DNA of 32,000 nt from Candidatus Electrothrix yaqonensis (GCA_047651235.1 CP178758.1:2430001-2462000), one strand, 5' to 3'. Shown: positions 8,951 to 18,130, counted from the stretch's first letter. Translations and numbers: made by a program. Notes: a model not told the origin generated them from the letters alone.

Positions 8951-9032
8951 CGGATTCACGGATTAACACGGATTCAGGAACCACGGCAGAACCTCTTTTG
9001 GTTGAAATTGTTCGGGAAAGAGATTGGTTATC

Positions 9033-10382
9033 ATGTTGACAAAAAAATTCTGTTCAGCATATGCAGTATACAGGCCGGGCAGGGGAGCTGCCCTGATTTT
9101 TTTTATCACGGCAGCAGTGATTCTGTCTGTATTTTCCGTCTGTTCTTCTGCGCAGGCTGATGACTCCTACACCATAGGTGCCGGGGATGTGCTGTCCATC
9201 ACAGTGTATGACCATGAGGAACTGACAAGCAAGCTCCGGGTGTCGGAGGAGGGAAAGATTGAGTTCCCCCTGATCGGTGATGTCCGTGTCAGCGGCCTCA
9301 AGGTCTCCGCAGCAGCCAAACGCATAGAAAAAGCCTTGGGGGACGGCTATATCGTTGACCCGCAGGTCTCCATACTCATTGAGCAGTTCAACAGCCAGAA
9401 GATCGTAGTGCTGGGGCATGTAAAGAATCCCGGACTCATGGAACTGCGCGGCCCGATAACCCTGCTTGAACTTATCTCTCAGGCAGGCGGCCTGCAGAAG
9501 GATGCGGGCGACACCGTGACGGTTAAAAGAACAGTCAAGGGGAAGCAGAAAATCATTACGGTTGATCTTGCCCGGCTGATCGAGACCGGTGATCCGCAGG
9601 AGAATATTCAGATTCGCGGCGGTGATACTGTGTCCGTGCCGCAGGGGGCTGTCTGTTATATCACCGGGGGAGTCAAAAATCCCGGTGCCTACCCCTGCGG
9701 GCGAAATACCAATGTGCTCAAAATTGTTTCTCTGGCAGGCAGTTATACGGAAAAAGGCGTGGAATCGGGCCTGAAGATTAATCGGGTTGTGGACGGCAAA
9801 AAGCAGGTTCTGCGGAAGGTGAACGAAAGCACGCGCCTGCTGCCTGATGATGTTATCGTGGTGCCGGAAAGTATTACTGTGAAGGGGAAGGAGCCGGTCT
9901 GTTATATAACCGGGGCAGTGGCCAGACCCGGCGCTTATCCCTGCGGGCGGAATGCCACGGTTCTTAAAATGATTACCAGAGCAGGCAGTTTTGCGGACAA
10001 TGCTTCGCAATCCGGCATTCAGATCAATCGGATTATCAACGGAAGAAAGACGGTGCTGAAAAATGTGGATCAAAATACTTCAGTACGGCCGGAAGACATT
10101 ATTGTTGTCCCGGAACGTCCTGAACCTTTTGTTAAAAAAGGAAAAGAAGCTGTCTGCTATATCACCGGCCAGGTGAAGAAGCCGGGAGCCTATCCCTGCG
10201 GATCGACCACAAACGTGCTGAAAATGGTTTCCTTGGCAGGCGGATTCACCGGCATCGCCTCTGAATCAGGTATCAGCATCACCCGAATAATCAAGGGAAA
10301 GAAAAAGGTTCTGAAAGATGTGGAGCTGGATACGTCGGTGCGGCCCGAGGATGTGGTTGTGGTTCCGGAAAGCTTTTTCTGA
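9033..10382 (+). CDS. Polysaccharide export protein, Wza/Poly_export family, with three extra tandem SLBB-like repeats
   Basis: N-terminal signal/anchor, then YTIGAGDVLSITVY....L......V...G.I.FPLIG.V.V.GL (Poly_export motif), then SLBB-like modules. The ORF track starts at TTG 9024; ATG 9033 is preferred here and the stop is unchanged. Confidence 0.85.
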   Translation: MLTKKFCSAYAVYRPGRGAALIFFITAAVILSVFSVCSSAQADDSYTIGAGDVLSITVYDHEELTSKLRVSEEGKIEFPLIGDVRVSGLKVSAAAKRIEKALGDGYIVDPQVSILIEQFNSQKIVVLGHVKNPGLMELRGPITLLELISQAGGLQKDAGDTVTVKRTVKGKQKIITVDLARLIETGDPQENIQIRGGDTVSVPQGAVCYITGGVKNPGAYPCGRNTNVLKIVSLAGSYTEKGVESGLKINRVVDGKKQVLRKVNESTRLLPDDVIVVPESITVKGKEPVCYITGAVARPGAYPCGRNATVLKMITRAGSFADNASQSGIQINRIINGRKTVLKNVDQNTSVRPEDIIVVPERPEPFVKKGKEAVCYITGQVKKPGAYPCGSTTNVLKMVSLAGGFTGIASESGISITRIIKGKKKVLKDVELDTSVRPEDVVVVPESFF

Positions 10383-10528
10383 ATTTCCTGAATGAGAACT
10401 CCTTTTAAATACGCTGCCTGCCAATTAATTTGCATCCTGACAGCATCTCATTGCAAATCACAGGAGCCGACACCGGACATTGATTCTGTTCGTTCGGCCG
10501 TTCGGCCACCTTCTTTTTTCTGTACTAT

Positions 10529-12832
10529 ATGTATCCGGAAGAATACTTTACTGAAGATTTCCAGCCCAACACCTCCCGGCATCTGCGTGACTATTTCCGC
10601 ATTCTTCTCAAGCGGAAAGGGCTGATTGCTGCGGTTGCCCTGATTACCTTTCTGACAACCGCTCTGTTTACCTTTTCCAAGCAGCCTCTGTATACAGCCA
10701 CAACCCAGGTTCTGGTTGAAAAAAACAGGGAAAAAGGTCAGTTGGAGGGACTCGGCAGCTATATGATGTGGGATCCTGATTTCCAAGCCACCCAGTTTGC
10801 CCTGATCCGCAGTTTCAATGTCGCTCTACGGGTGGTGAAAAATCAGGAGCTTGATACCCGATACCGGCATTATTTCCTGGGCAATACTCCTGTTTCGCCC
10901 GGATTGGCCGATCTTATCAGAAAAAAGGTAACGCCTTACTTTTCAGATTTTCTTTCCTCAATTGAATCTTTCTTTACCTCCCTGATACACCCTGAGCCGA
11001 CCTTGGAGGAACAGAATACTGCTGCTGATTCTGTGGACAGAGGCTCGGAAATCTTTTCCGAGCCCAAGAGTGATGCGGAAAAAATCGCCTCCATGGTTCA
11101 GGGAGCGCTTTCACTTGAGCCTGTAGAGGATACAAAACTGGTTAATGTCCGTTACACGCATTCTTCTCCTGAAGTCGCTCAGCTGGTCGCCAATGCCGTG
11201 GTGCAGGCATATATTGATGAGACCTTGGAAATCAAGACCAGTACAACGCGGCATACTCTGAACTGGATGACTGCCAAGGCGGATGAGGAGCTGAAAAAAC
11301 TGGAAACCTCAGAAAAGGCCCTGCAGCAATATATGCGGGAGAATGATATCGTCACGGTGGAGAATAAACTTACCGTTCTGCCTGAACGCCTTGCCCGTTT
11401 TAGTGAGGAACTCGCCAAAGCGCAGACAGAGGAGAAAAAGTCTGCTGCCATATATAACCAGATAAAGAAGGCCGGAAAAGACTACGATGCCCTTGAAGCC
11501 ATCCCCTTGTTTGCAGACAACAGCGTGCTGCAGTCTCTCCGGGCAGAAATTTTCTCTGCAGAACAGAATATCAGAGATCTGTCGAAAAAATTCGGAAAAA
11601 AACATCCGGTCATGAAAAAGGCATGGGGGGAGCAGAGCCTGCTGCGTAAAAAAAGACAGACCGAGATTAAACGAATTATCGGGTCGGCAAAAAACAGCTA
11701 TGAACTGGCAAAGACAAGGGTTAGAGATCTCTCTGAAATGATGGAGGAAACGAAAAAAGAACTGCTGAATATGAATGAACGGTTCATGCAGTATTCCATC
11801 CTGAACCGGAATAAGGAAATGAACCGGACGCTCTATGACGCGCTGTCCAGCAGCATAAAAAAGACCGATATTACGGCCCGGGCAATGGATGTCAGGATCT
11901 GGGCAGTGAAAAAAGCTGACCTGCCCGGTGCGCCGTCTGAACCGAATAAAAAGAAAGAATTGCTTCTGGGCCTGTTCCTGGGCCTGTCCGGCGGAATAGC
12001 CCTGGTGTTTTTTCTTGATTATCTGGACAACACGGTCAGGCCGGGTGATGAGCTTGAACGGCGCTACAGCCTGACCGTGCTCGGCGCAGTGGAGGATCTC
12101 GGTGGGAGGAGACAGAACATCGAGACCTTTGTCCTGGAAAATCCGCTTTCTGCCCTAGCTGAAAGCTACCGGCTTATCCGGTCCGCCCTGCTGCTGTCCA
12201 CACCGGACCGTCCGCCCCGCACCCTCCTGATTACAAGTATGATGCCGCAGGAAGGAAAAAGCACCACCACCAAGAATCTTGCGCATATCCTGACCCAGAA
12301 TGAAAAAAAGGTCCTGATTATTGACTGTGACATGCGTCGGCCGAGACAGCATTCCATGTTTGAGGTCGATAACACCTACGGGTTGAGCAATTATCTTTCC
12401 GGCAGTACGGATGAACAGAAACCGAATCTGATCAGACCGGTTGCGGACACCGGGGTTTCCGTGCTTCCCTCCGGTCCGGTACCGCCCAACCCTGCTGAAC
12501 TGTTGAGCTCCAAACGCATGAGCCTGCTGGTGGACAAAACAAAAGAACGGTTTGATTTTGTCCTTCTTGATTCGCCGCCGGTGCAGCAGGTAACGGACAG
12601 TTTTATGCTGGCATCCCTGGCGGACGGCACCATTGCCGTGCTCAGATCCGGAAAGACCACCTACGAGATGCTTGACAGCGGCATCAGAAAATTACGGGAA
12701 AGTCAGGCACGTCTTCTCGGCTTTGTCTTGAACAGGGTAAAGAAGAAGCACGCCGGGCAGGGGTATTACGGCTATTATTCCTATTATTCGAGTAAAGGAA
12801 AAGGTGGATATTACACGGAACAGAAAAAATAA
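10529..12832 (+). CDS. Polysaccharide co-polymerase / tyrosine autokinase (Wzc/GumC-type: Wzz domain fused to a BY-kinase)
   Basis: The N-terminus has LRDYFRILLKRKGLI plus a TM helix, then a long coiled-coil periplasmic region and a second TM helix. Kinase motifs: Walker A (PQEGKSTTTKNLA), Walker A' (VLIIDCDMRRP) and Walker B (FDFVLLDSPP). The C-terminus is a Tyr cluster (GYYGYYSYYSSKGKGGYY). Confidence 0.92.
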   Translation: MYPEEYFTEDFQPNTSRHLRDYFRILLKRKGLIAAVALITFLTTALFTFSKQPLYTATTQVLVEKNREKGQLEGLGSYMMWDPDFQATQFALIRSFNVALRVVKNQELDTRYRHYFLGNTPVSPGLADLIRKKVTPYFSDFLSSIESFFTSLIHPEPTLEEQNTAADSVDRGSEIFSEPKSDAEKIASMVQGALSLEPVEDTKLVNVRYTHSSPEVAQLVANAVVQAYIDETLEIKTSTTRHTLNWMTAKADEELKKLETSEKALQQYMRENDIVTVENKLTVLPERLARFSEELAKAQTEEKKSAAIYNQIKKAGKDYDALEAIPLFADNSVLQSLRAEIFSAEQNIRDLSKKFGKKHPVMKKAWGEQSLLRKKRQTEIKRIIGSAKNSYELAKTRVRDLSEMMEETKKELLNMNERFMQYSILNRNKEMNRTLYDALSSSIKKTDITARAMDVRIWAVKKADLPGAPSEPNKKKELLLGLFLGLSGGIALVFFLDYLDNTVRPGDELERRYSLTVLGAVEDLGGRRQNIETFVLENPLSALAESYRLIRSALLLSTPDRPPRTLLITSMMPQEGKSTTTKNLAHILTQNEKKVLIIDCDMRRPRQHSMFEVDNTYGLSNYLSGSTDEQKPNLIRPVADTGVSVLPSGPVPPNPAELLSSKRMSLLVDKTKERFDFVLLDSPPVQQVTDSFMLASLADGTIAVLRSGKTTYEMLDSGIRKLRESQARLLGFVLNRVKKKHAGQGYYGYYSYYSSKGKGGYYTEQKK

Positions 12833-15218
12833 CCGCAGCAGGGAGGCCGGGAACACAACGGTTTCTTTTTCCCTTTTTCTGTTCACCCTTTTTTTCGCCC
12901 CCCTTGCTTTCGGAACCACGGAAACTTGGTCGCTGGTGACTGTGGAGGCGCTTACCGCTGTCACCGGGCTTGTCTTTTTTTTTCCTTTTCCCGCCGGAAG
13001 AAAACACCTCTATACCACGCCGGGACTTGTTCCGCTATTGTTGCTGTTCGGGTGGATGTATTTCCAGTGCCTGCCCCTGCCGACAGCTTTTGTCCGTTCC
13101 ATTGCCCCGAATATTGCTGCTGCGTATCAGCCGGTGCTGGATCTCCCCGGATTCGGTCAGGCAGAAACCTGGATACCGCTGACCGTCAACCGGCAGGCAA
13201 CCCTGCTGGAAAGCCTGCGCCTCAGCGCCTATGCGCTGTTTTATCTGCTGACCGTCCAGCTGCTCAGCCACAGCAGAGCATTACGGATCACCATGACCAG
13301 TGTCGCCGGGCTGACGCTGTGCATCGTTCTTCTCTCTATCCTGCAGAGGCTGACAGCACCGGATACGCTGTTCTGGTTCCGCAAACTGGACGGCAAAACA
13401 GCCTTCGGCCCCTGGGTGAACAGAAATCAGTATGCCGGCTTTATGGTCATGGCCTGTCCGCTTGTCTTGGCCCAGTTTATGATACATCGGCCTGCTGCGG
13501 AACAGCAGGAGACGTTTAGAGAGAAATTTCTCGCTTTTTTTGCCGACAGCAGCGCTGCAGCCCATCTCCTGTTCGGTTTTGCAGCTGTTGTCGCGGTTGC
13601 CTCAGTGTTTCTGACCTCGTCACGGGGAGGAATCTTCAGCATCTCCTTTGCCCTGCTCCTCTTTTTTCTTCTCCTGGCCCGTCAGCAGAAAAAAATACAG
13701 CAACTGCCCCTGCTTGTCCTGCCAGCCTGTATTTTTGTCTTTGCAGGTTGGTTCGGATTGGACCCTGTTCTGGAAAAACTCAACGCTCTTGTTGACCCTG
13801 CAACAGGGCAGCTTCAGGATGACCGTCTGCTGATCTGGCCGGATACGCTCAGGATCATCGCTGATTTTCCAATCACCGGAACCGGATTCGGTACCTTTGC
13901 AGATATTTTTCCGAGCTACAGAACGTTTTATGATCATTTTTTTTATGAGCATGCACATAATGATGTTCTTGAGCTGCTGACCAACGGCGGCCTGATTGCC
14001 TGGATACCGGCAGTCTGGTTTCTCGGCACGGTGCTGCGGACAGGGTACCGGAAGATATGCACCAGACGGGACCGCCTGTCTGTTTTTTCTGCCATTAGTG
14101 CGTTCAGCGGGCTTGCCGGTATGCTGGTGTTCAGCCTGACAGATTTTAACCTGCATAACGGGGCAAACGGCCTCTATTTTGCCTTTCTCTGCGGTCTGCT
14201 GGTTGCAGCTGGCCATACACGCCGGCATTCCCAGCATGAGCCGACCCTGCTGCCTCCGGTCAGTTCTCCTGCACAAATCCGCTGGACAGCCCTGCCTGTT
14301 ATCGCGGTTTATCTGGTTGCTCTGCTTTTTCTGCATGGCGGAGCCGTCCTGGCAGACAGGTATTATCAGCAGGCAAAGGTTATTGCAGCCTCTGACCGGG
14401 ACGCTGCAAGCAGAACAGCAGATATGGTGAAACTGGTGGAACTGCTTGGACTGGCGAAAAAGCGAAATCCGTTTGCCGGAATTTATTCCTATGCCCTGGC
14501 CAATATCCGGGAATACCAGCAGCGGCCTGCGCAGGCAGTGCAGTTGTCCGCCGAAGCAGCCATGAAGCAGCCCATGAACTTTGCTTTTCTGCAGCAGCTT
14601 GCTCTGCTCATCGCCCCGGATGATCTGCACCGGGGGCGGCGGCTGTTGGAGGCTGGATACAGAAGGGCGAGCCAGAAAGCTCTGCCGTTGCAGACCTGGG
14701 CAGAGTTTGAGCTGGGCCGGAGGAATCGGGCAGAGGCTGTTCAGCTTCTGAGCAATGCGCTGCAGGAGAATCCCGATCTGGTGGAGTCAGTGTATCCACT
14801 GATGCGCAGATACCGGTTTGCTCAGGAGGAGGTGACGGCTACGCTGCCGGAGCTGACCTCTGTCCGGATCAGCTACTGGAAACAGGCTCAGGCGGAAGGC
14901 AGAGGGAAGAAAGCTGAATTCATCCTTAAAGGAGTACTCGATTTTCTCGACCGGGAACCGACGATAGAGCCGCATTATCTGCTGCAGCTGTATACGTATT
15001 ATCAAAAAAAAGATAAAGCGGACAAAGCAGCAGACGTCCTGCGGCGCGGCATCCGACTCCTGCCCGGATACGCCCATTTTCATGTCCTGCTTGGCGATTA
15101 TTATTTAAAGAAAGGGATTCCGTACCGGGCCAGAGAAGAGTATGAGCAGGCCCTGCTGCTTGAGCCGCGAAATTCCGGGGTCCGCAGCAGGCTCAGGAAG
15201 CTGGAAGCAAAGCAGTAA
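12804..15218 (+). CDS. O-antigen ligase/polymerase-like (Wzy_C) polytopic membrane protein fused to a C-terminal TPR domain
   Basis: About 10-12 hydrophobic helices. The periplasmic-loop motif ...YEHAHNDVLELLTNGGLIA is typical of the O-antigen ligase family. The last ~300 aa are TPR-like (…YHVLLGDYYLKKGIPYRAREEYEQALLLEPRN). A GTG start at 12804 overlaps the upstream gene by 29 nt, so the true start is uncertain. Confidence 0.8.
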   Translation: MDITRNRKNNRSREAGNTTVSFSLFLFTLFFAPLAFGTTETWSLVTVEALTAVTGLVFFFPFPAGRKHLYTTPGLVPLLLLFGWMYFQCLPLPTAFVRSIAPNIAAAYQPVLDLPGFGQAETWIPLTVNRQATLLESLRLSAYALFYLLTVQLLSHSRALRITMTSVAGLTLCIVLLSILQRLTAPDTLFWFRKLDGKTAFGPWVNRNQYAGFMVMACPLVLAQFMIHRPAAEQQETFREKFLAFFADSSAAAHLLFGFAAVVAVASVFLTSSRGGIFSISFALLLFFLLLARQQKKIQQLPLLVLPACIFVFAGWFGLDPVLEKLNALVDPATGQLQDDRLLIWPDTLRIIADFPITGTGFGTFADIFPSYRTFYDHFFYEHAHNDVLELLTNGGLIAWIPAVWFLGTVLRTGYRKICTRRDRLSVFSAISAFSGLAGMLVFSLTDFNLHNGANGLYFAFLCGLLVAAGHTRRHSQHEPTLLPPVSSPAQIRWTALPVIAVYLVALLFLHGGAVLADRYYQQAKVIAASDRDAASRTADMVKLVELLGLAKKRNPFAGIYSYALANIREYQQRPAQAVQLSAEAAMKQPMNFAFLQQLALLIAPDDLHRGRRLLEAGYRRASQKALPLQTWAEFELGRRNRAEAVQLLSNALQENPDLVESVYPLMRRYRFAQEEVTATLPELTSVRISYWKQAQAEGRGKKAEFILKGVLDFLDREPTIEPHYLLQLYTYYQKKDKADKAADVLRRGIRLLPGYAHFHVLLGDYYLKKGIPYRAREEYEQALLLEPRNSGVRSRLRKLEAKQ

Positions 15219-15378
15219 GGAACGAGGATTCAATAGAGCCGCTGTCTGAGCTTTCGCTGGAGATACGTGATAAATTCATAGGTAAACAGCATCCGGACGT
15301 TGCGAAAGCCATGAATAATTTTGCCGGGTTATACGATGAGCTGCGCCGAGCCGAACAAAGCACTCTAAGGTACCCGTA
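15209..15378 (+). pseudogene. Start-less remnant of a TPR (TPR_10/12, kinesin-light-chain-like) repeat gene
   Basis: The frame-2 translation ...EPLSELSLEIRDKFIGKQHPDVAKAMNNFAGLYDELRRAEQSTLRYP* carries the signature (E)K.LG..HPDVA...NNLA.LY of TPR_12 repeats. There is no start codon and it is a single repeat. The 74-aa minus ORF over it is its antisense shadow. Confidence 0.45.
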
Positions 15379-15556
15379 AACTCGCCGCTGAGCTTTTCCG
15401 TTATTGAAACCAATCACTCCTGGAAGCTCTTCAACACCTCAGAAACATCCCTGTCCACAAAATGTTTGAAAAGAAACATTGCTTATGGGAAGATAGAAAA
15501 AAAAATTTCGCGCATAACCTCAGCAATTCACTTGGACAGGGCTTCCGTATATCCTG

Positions 15557-15919
15557 ATGCCTCCACGTAAAAAAACAACCTCTGCAGCAAAAAAACCACC
15601 GGTCCGCTATTTTTCCTTTCGGCTCAGTCCGAGCGGTATTGCCGGGATCGCTGTTGTCACCTTCTGCCTGTTTCTCTGGATGTTCCTGATCGGCCTCTGG
15701 GCCGGACAGAGCCTCCTGCCGCCGGATCAGACCGCTGTTTCTCAGGAAAACAGCAGAGTGCCGCCGCCCGCTCCCCCGCTGCCTCAGGAAAGCACCAGTG
15801 CCGTTTATTCTGTCCAGCCTCCTGTTCCGTCCCCGCATGATTTGCCCGTCAAAGTGCTGACCCCGCAGAGCAGAAAACAGCATATCAGCCGGGAAAACAG
15901 CCTGGACAGGCTGCTGTAG
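15557..15919 (+). CDS. Hypothetical membrane protein: basic N-terminus, one TM helix, Pro-rich tail (resembles the N-terminal half of SPOR-type proteins)
   Basis: MPPRKKTTSAAKKPP...FRLSPSGIAGIAVVTFCLFLWMFLIGLWAG followed by PPPAPPLPQ...PPVPSP. No SPOR or other globular domain follows before the stop. Confidence 0.4.
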   Translation: MPPRKKTTSAAKKPPVRYFSFRLSPSGIAGIAVVTFCLFLWMFLIGLWAGQSLLPPDQTAVSQENSRVPPPAPPLPQESTSAVYSVQPPVPSPHDLPVKVLTPQSRKQHISRENSLDRLL

Positions 15920-16235
15920 AAATTTCAGCACGCAGAGTAACTGAACCGGTTCGCCGAAATGTATATGAAGTGCAATATCATATCGATTGCGTTCCATTTT
16001 TTTTACTTCTCCGGCAGGCCGCAGGGTATCGGGCTTCCAAGGACCTTGTTTTCCTGCAGGAAAGCGGCTTGCCAAATTGTCTTCGGAAGAGTATTCTTAT
16101 CCCAAATCCTTGAGCAGCTGCCTGTCGCCGAACAGGTGGCTGACTCAGATAACTCCCTGAAAAGAATCTGCATCATCGCACCGAGTGAGCTGCATTCCGC
16201 ACTTCGTACTGTGCTGCAGAAAAAAAATTATATCA

Positions 16236-16787
16236 ATGAGCTGGAAAGAAGAGATAGAACGGATTCTGCTGCCCGAAGAAATTTGGCAGTCAATTGTTGC
16301 GCACTGCAGGAGGAAGCTGGCCGGGGATTTTCTGCCCGGCGAGAGTAGGGTGAAAAGGGCGTTCGGTATTCTGGCCGGTGTGCAGGAAAAGGACGAGCTG
16401 CATGTCCGCCTGGTGCTGCCGGTAAAAAAAAACGCCAGGGAGAAGGAACCCCTGAAAAGTTTCATGGATAAGATGATGGAGAAACACGCGGTTCCCTCCA
16501 CCACGCCGATGAAAAAACGGGGTTGGATCACCGACCCGGAAGAATTCAGGCAATGCCTGGACGAGTGCAACCGGCAGAGGCTCTCCATCTTCGGGGCCTA
16601 TCATATGCACGTTGTGCCCTGGGAAGGCGATCCGCTCCGCGATACCCCCACCCGTCTCGACACCATTCTGGTGCAGGACAGCAGAATGTTTTCCTTTATT
16701 ATTTCCATGGTTGATGTAGACAATCCGTTTATGCGGGCATTTTTTGAAGGAGAACCTGATCAGGAAGCCCGGGTCGTTATTGTTTAA
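16236..16787 (+). CDS. JAB/MPN (Mov34) metalloprotease-like protein with a variant JAMM motif
   Basis: Taken from ATG 16236 (MSWKEEIERILLPEEIWQSIVAHCRRKL...). It has PGE.....AFGILAG (E...G.L.G region) and GAYHMHVVPWEGDPLRDTPTRLD, which resembles H-S-H-x(n)-S-x-x-D with Thr replacing Ser. This assignment is by motif only. Confidence 0.5.
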   Translation: MSWKEEIERILLPEEIWQSIVAHCRRKLAGDFLPGESRVKRAFGILAGVQEKDELHVRLVLPVKKNAREKEPLKSFMDKMMEKHAVPSTTPMKKRGWITDPEEFRQCLDECNRQRLSIFGAYHMHVVPWEGDPLRDTPTRLDTILVQDSRMFSFIISMVDVDNPFMRAFFEGEPDQEARVVIV

Positions 16788-16879
16788 TAACTTATCAGAT
16801 TGATTTAATGTTCAATGTAAGCTGACCTGTTCTCCCGGCAGCAGACGTACTGTTTATTGTTATTATTGTTATTATTGTT

Positions 16880-18076
16880 ATGAATGTTATACGAAAAACA
16901 AAAGATGCAGAACTGATTATTGAATATACGGATACTGAGGAAGGGTTCAAAGGCTGGCTGGTCATTGATTCGCTCAGCCATCGGATGGCGGCAGGCGGTC
17001 TCCGGGTTCAGCAGGGCCTGACCTGCGACTGTGTACGGCGTCTGGCCGCCACCATGACCCTGAAGATGCGTATTGCCGGTATCCGGGCCGACGGGGCAAA
17101 AAGCGGGATTGACTATGACCCGCGAAGTCCGGGCAAAGAAGAGGCCCTGTTCCGCTTTATCCGGGCCATCAGTCCGTATATGCAGAACCGCTACTCGATG
17201 GGACCGGATCTGAACACCACCATGCCGGAACTGGACGCAGTCTGTAAGCGTCTGGGGATGTTTTCAATCAAGACAGCGGTTGCCAGCAATCAGGGCCTTG
17301 ATTCTGCCGCATTTACAGAACGGGTCCGGCTGCTCAAACAACCGGTCGGTCACGCAACACTCGGCAGGCTGCGGTCCGGGGCCGGGCTGGCCGCCTCCTG
17401 TCTGGCAGCTCTTGAATTTCTCGATATCCCACCCAAAGAAGCTACCGTGGCTGTGCAGGGATTCGGCGGGCTGGCAGCAGGGGCCACCTATTTCCTCCAT
17501 CAGGCCGGGGTAAAAATTGTCGCCTTGGCGGACCGGGAAAAAAGTCTGCTCAGCATCAACGGCACCCCGCTGGATATCCCTTCCCTGCTGGCCTCTTCAG
17601 AGCAGGGGGAAAAGGGAATTATTCCGACCGGGCAGACCGGAAAAACCGCGTATGTGGAGAATAAAAAAATTTATGATATTCCCTGTGATATTTTCGTGCC
17701 TGCAGCTGTTGAAAAGGCTGTTGACCGGGAAATTGCCGAGAATATCCGGGTAAAAGCCATTGCCTGCGGCGCCAATCTCGCCACCACCGAAGAAGCGGAA
17801 AAAATCCTCCATCAGCGTTCCATTCTGGTGATTCCGGATATGGCGGCGGGTTGCGGCGGTTCCCTGTCCATGGACGGCCTGTTCGGCCCGGAAACCCTGC
17901 CTGCACCGGAAGATGTCTTGGCCCATGTGGACCGGAAGACCCGCAGCATCGTCAACACTATGCTCCATCGGAGCAGAGAGGAAAATATTTCACCGCGTGA
18001 AGCCGCATTAAGCATCTGTGCTGAGGCCCCGCTGTATCCTAATACCCGGCCCTACGGTACTCTTGTTCAGCAGTGA
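16880..18076 (+). CDS. Glu/Leu/Phe/Val dehydrogenase family protein (divergent, 398 aa)
   Basis: GGLRV...L..D.V.RLA..MTLKM.IAG...DGAKSGIDYDP corresponds to the GGxR...MT.K...GGAKGG catalytic-Lys region. A Rossmann motif VAVQGFGGLAAG follows. There is no Shine-Dalgarno; the start is directly preceded by a 9-bp x3 repeat. Confidence 0.75.
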   Translation: MNVIRKTKDAELIIEYTDTEEGFKGWLVIDSLSHRMAAGGLRVQQGLTCDCVRRLAATMTLKMRIAGIRADGAKSGIDYDPRSPGKEEALFRFIRAISPYMQNRYSMGPDLNTTMPELDAVCKRLGMFSIKTAVASNQGLDSAAFTERVRLLKQPVGHATLGRLRSGAGLAASCLAALEFLDIPPKEATVAVQGFGGLAAGATYFLHQAGVKIVALADREKSLLSINGTPLDIPSLLASSEQGEKGIIPTGQTGKTAYVENKKIYDIPCDIFVPAAVEKAVDREIAENIRVKAIACGANLATTEEAEKILHQRSILVIPDMAAGCGGSLSMDGLFGPETLPAPEDVLAHVDRKTRSIVNTMLHRSREENISPREAALSICAEAPLYPNTRPYGTLVQQ

Positions 18077-18130
18077 GGGATGCTGCACTTGCATAAAGCC
18101 TGATCTCATCACGCGTATAAAAACAGGCTT

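Noticed and set aside
7883-8959. 358-aa minus-strand ORF antisense to the OMP gene. Similar antisense ORFs are at 9054..10073, 13620..14630, 2255..2923 and 6952..7512.
   Set aside because: All lie opposite motif-supported plus-strand genes, lack RBS or domain signatures and have skewed composition. For example, 6952..7512 is the Ser/Ala-rich antisense reading of the acidic repeat.
15920-16235. Frameshifted SPOR domain downstream of the Pro-rich membrane protein; also the ORF 15959..16348
   Set aside because: None of the three plus-strand frames shows a SPOR-like pattern. The 129-aa ORF has no motifs and overlaps the better-supported JAB-like gene start.
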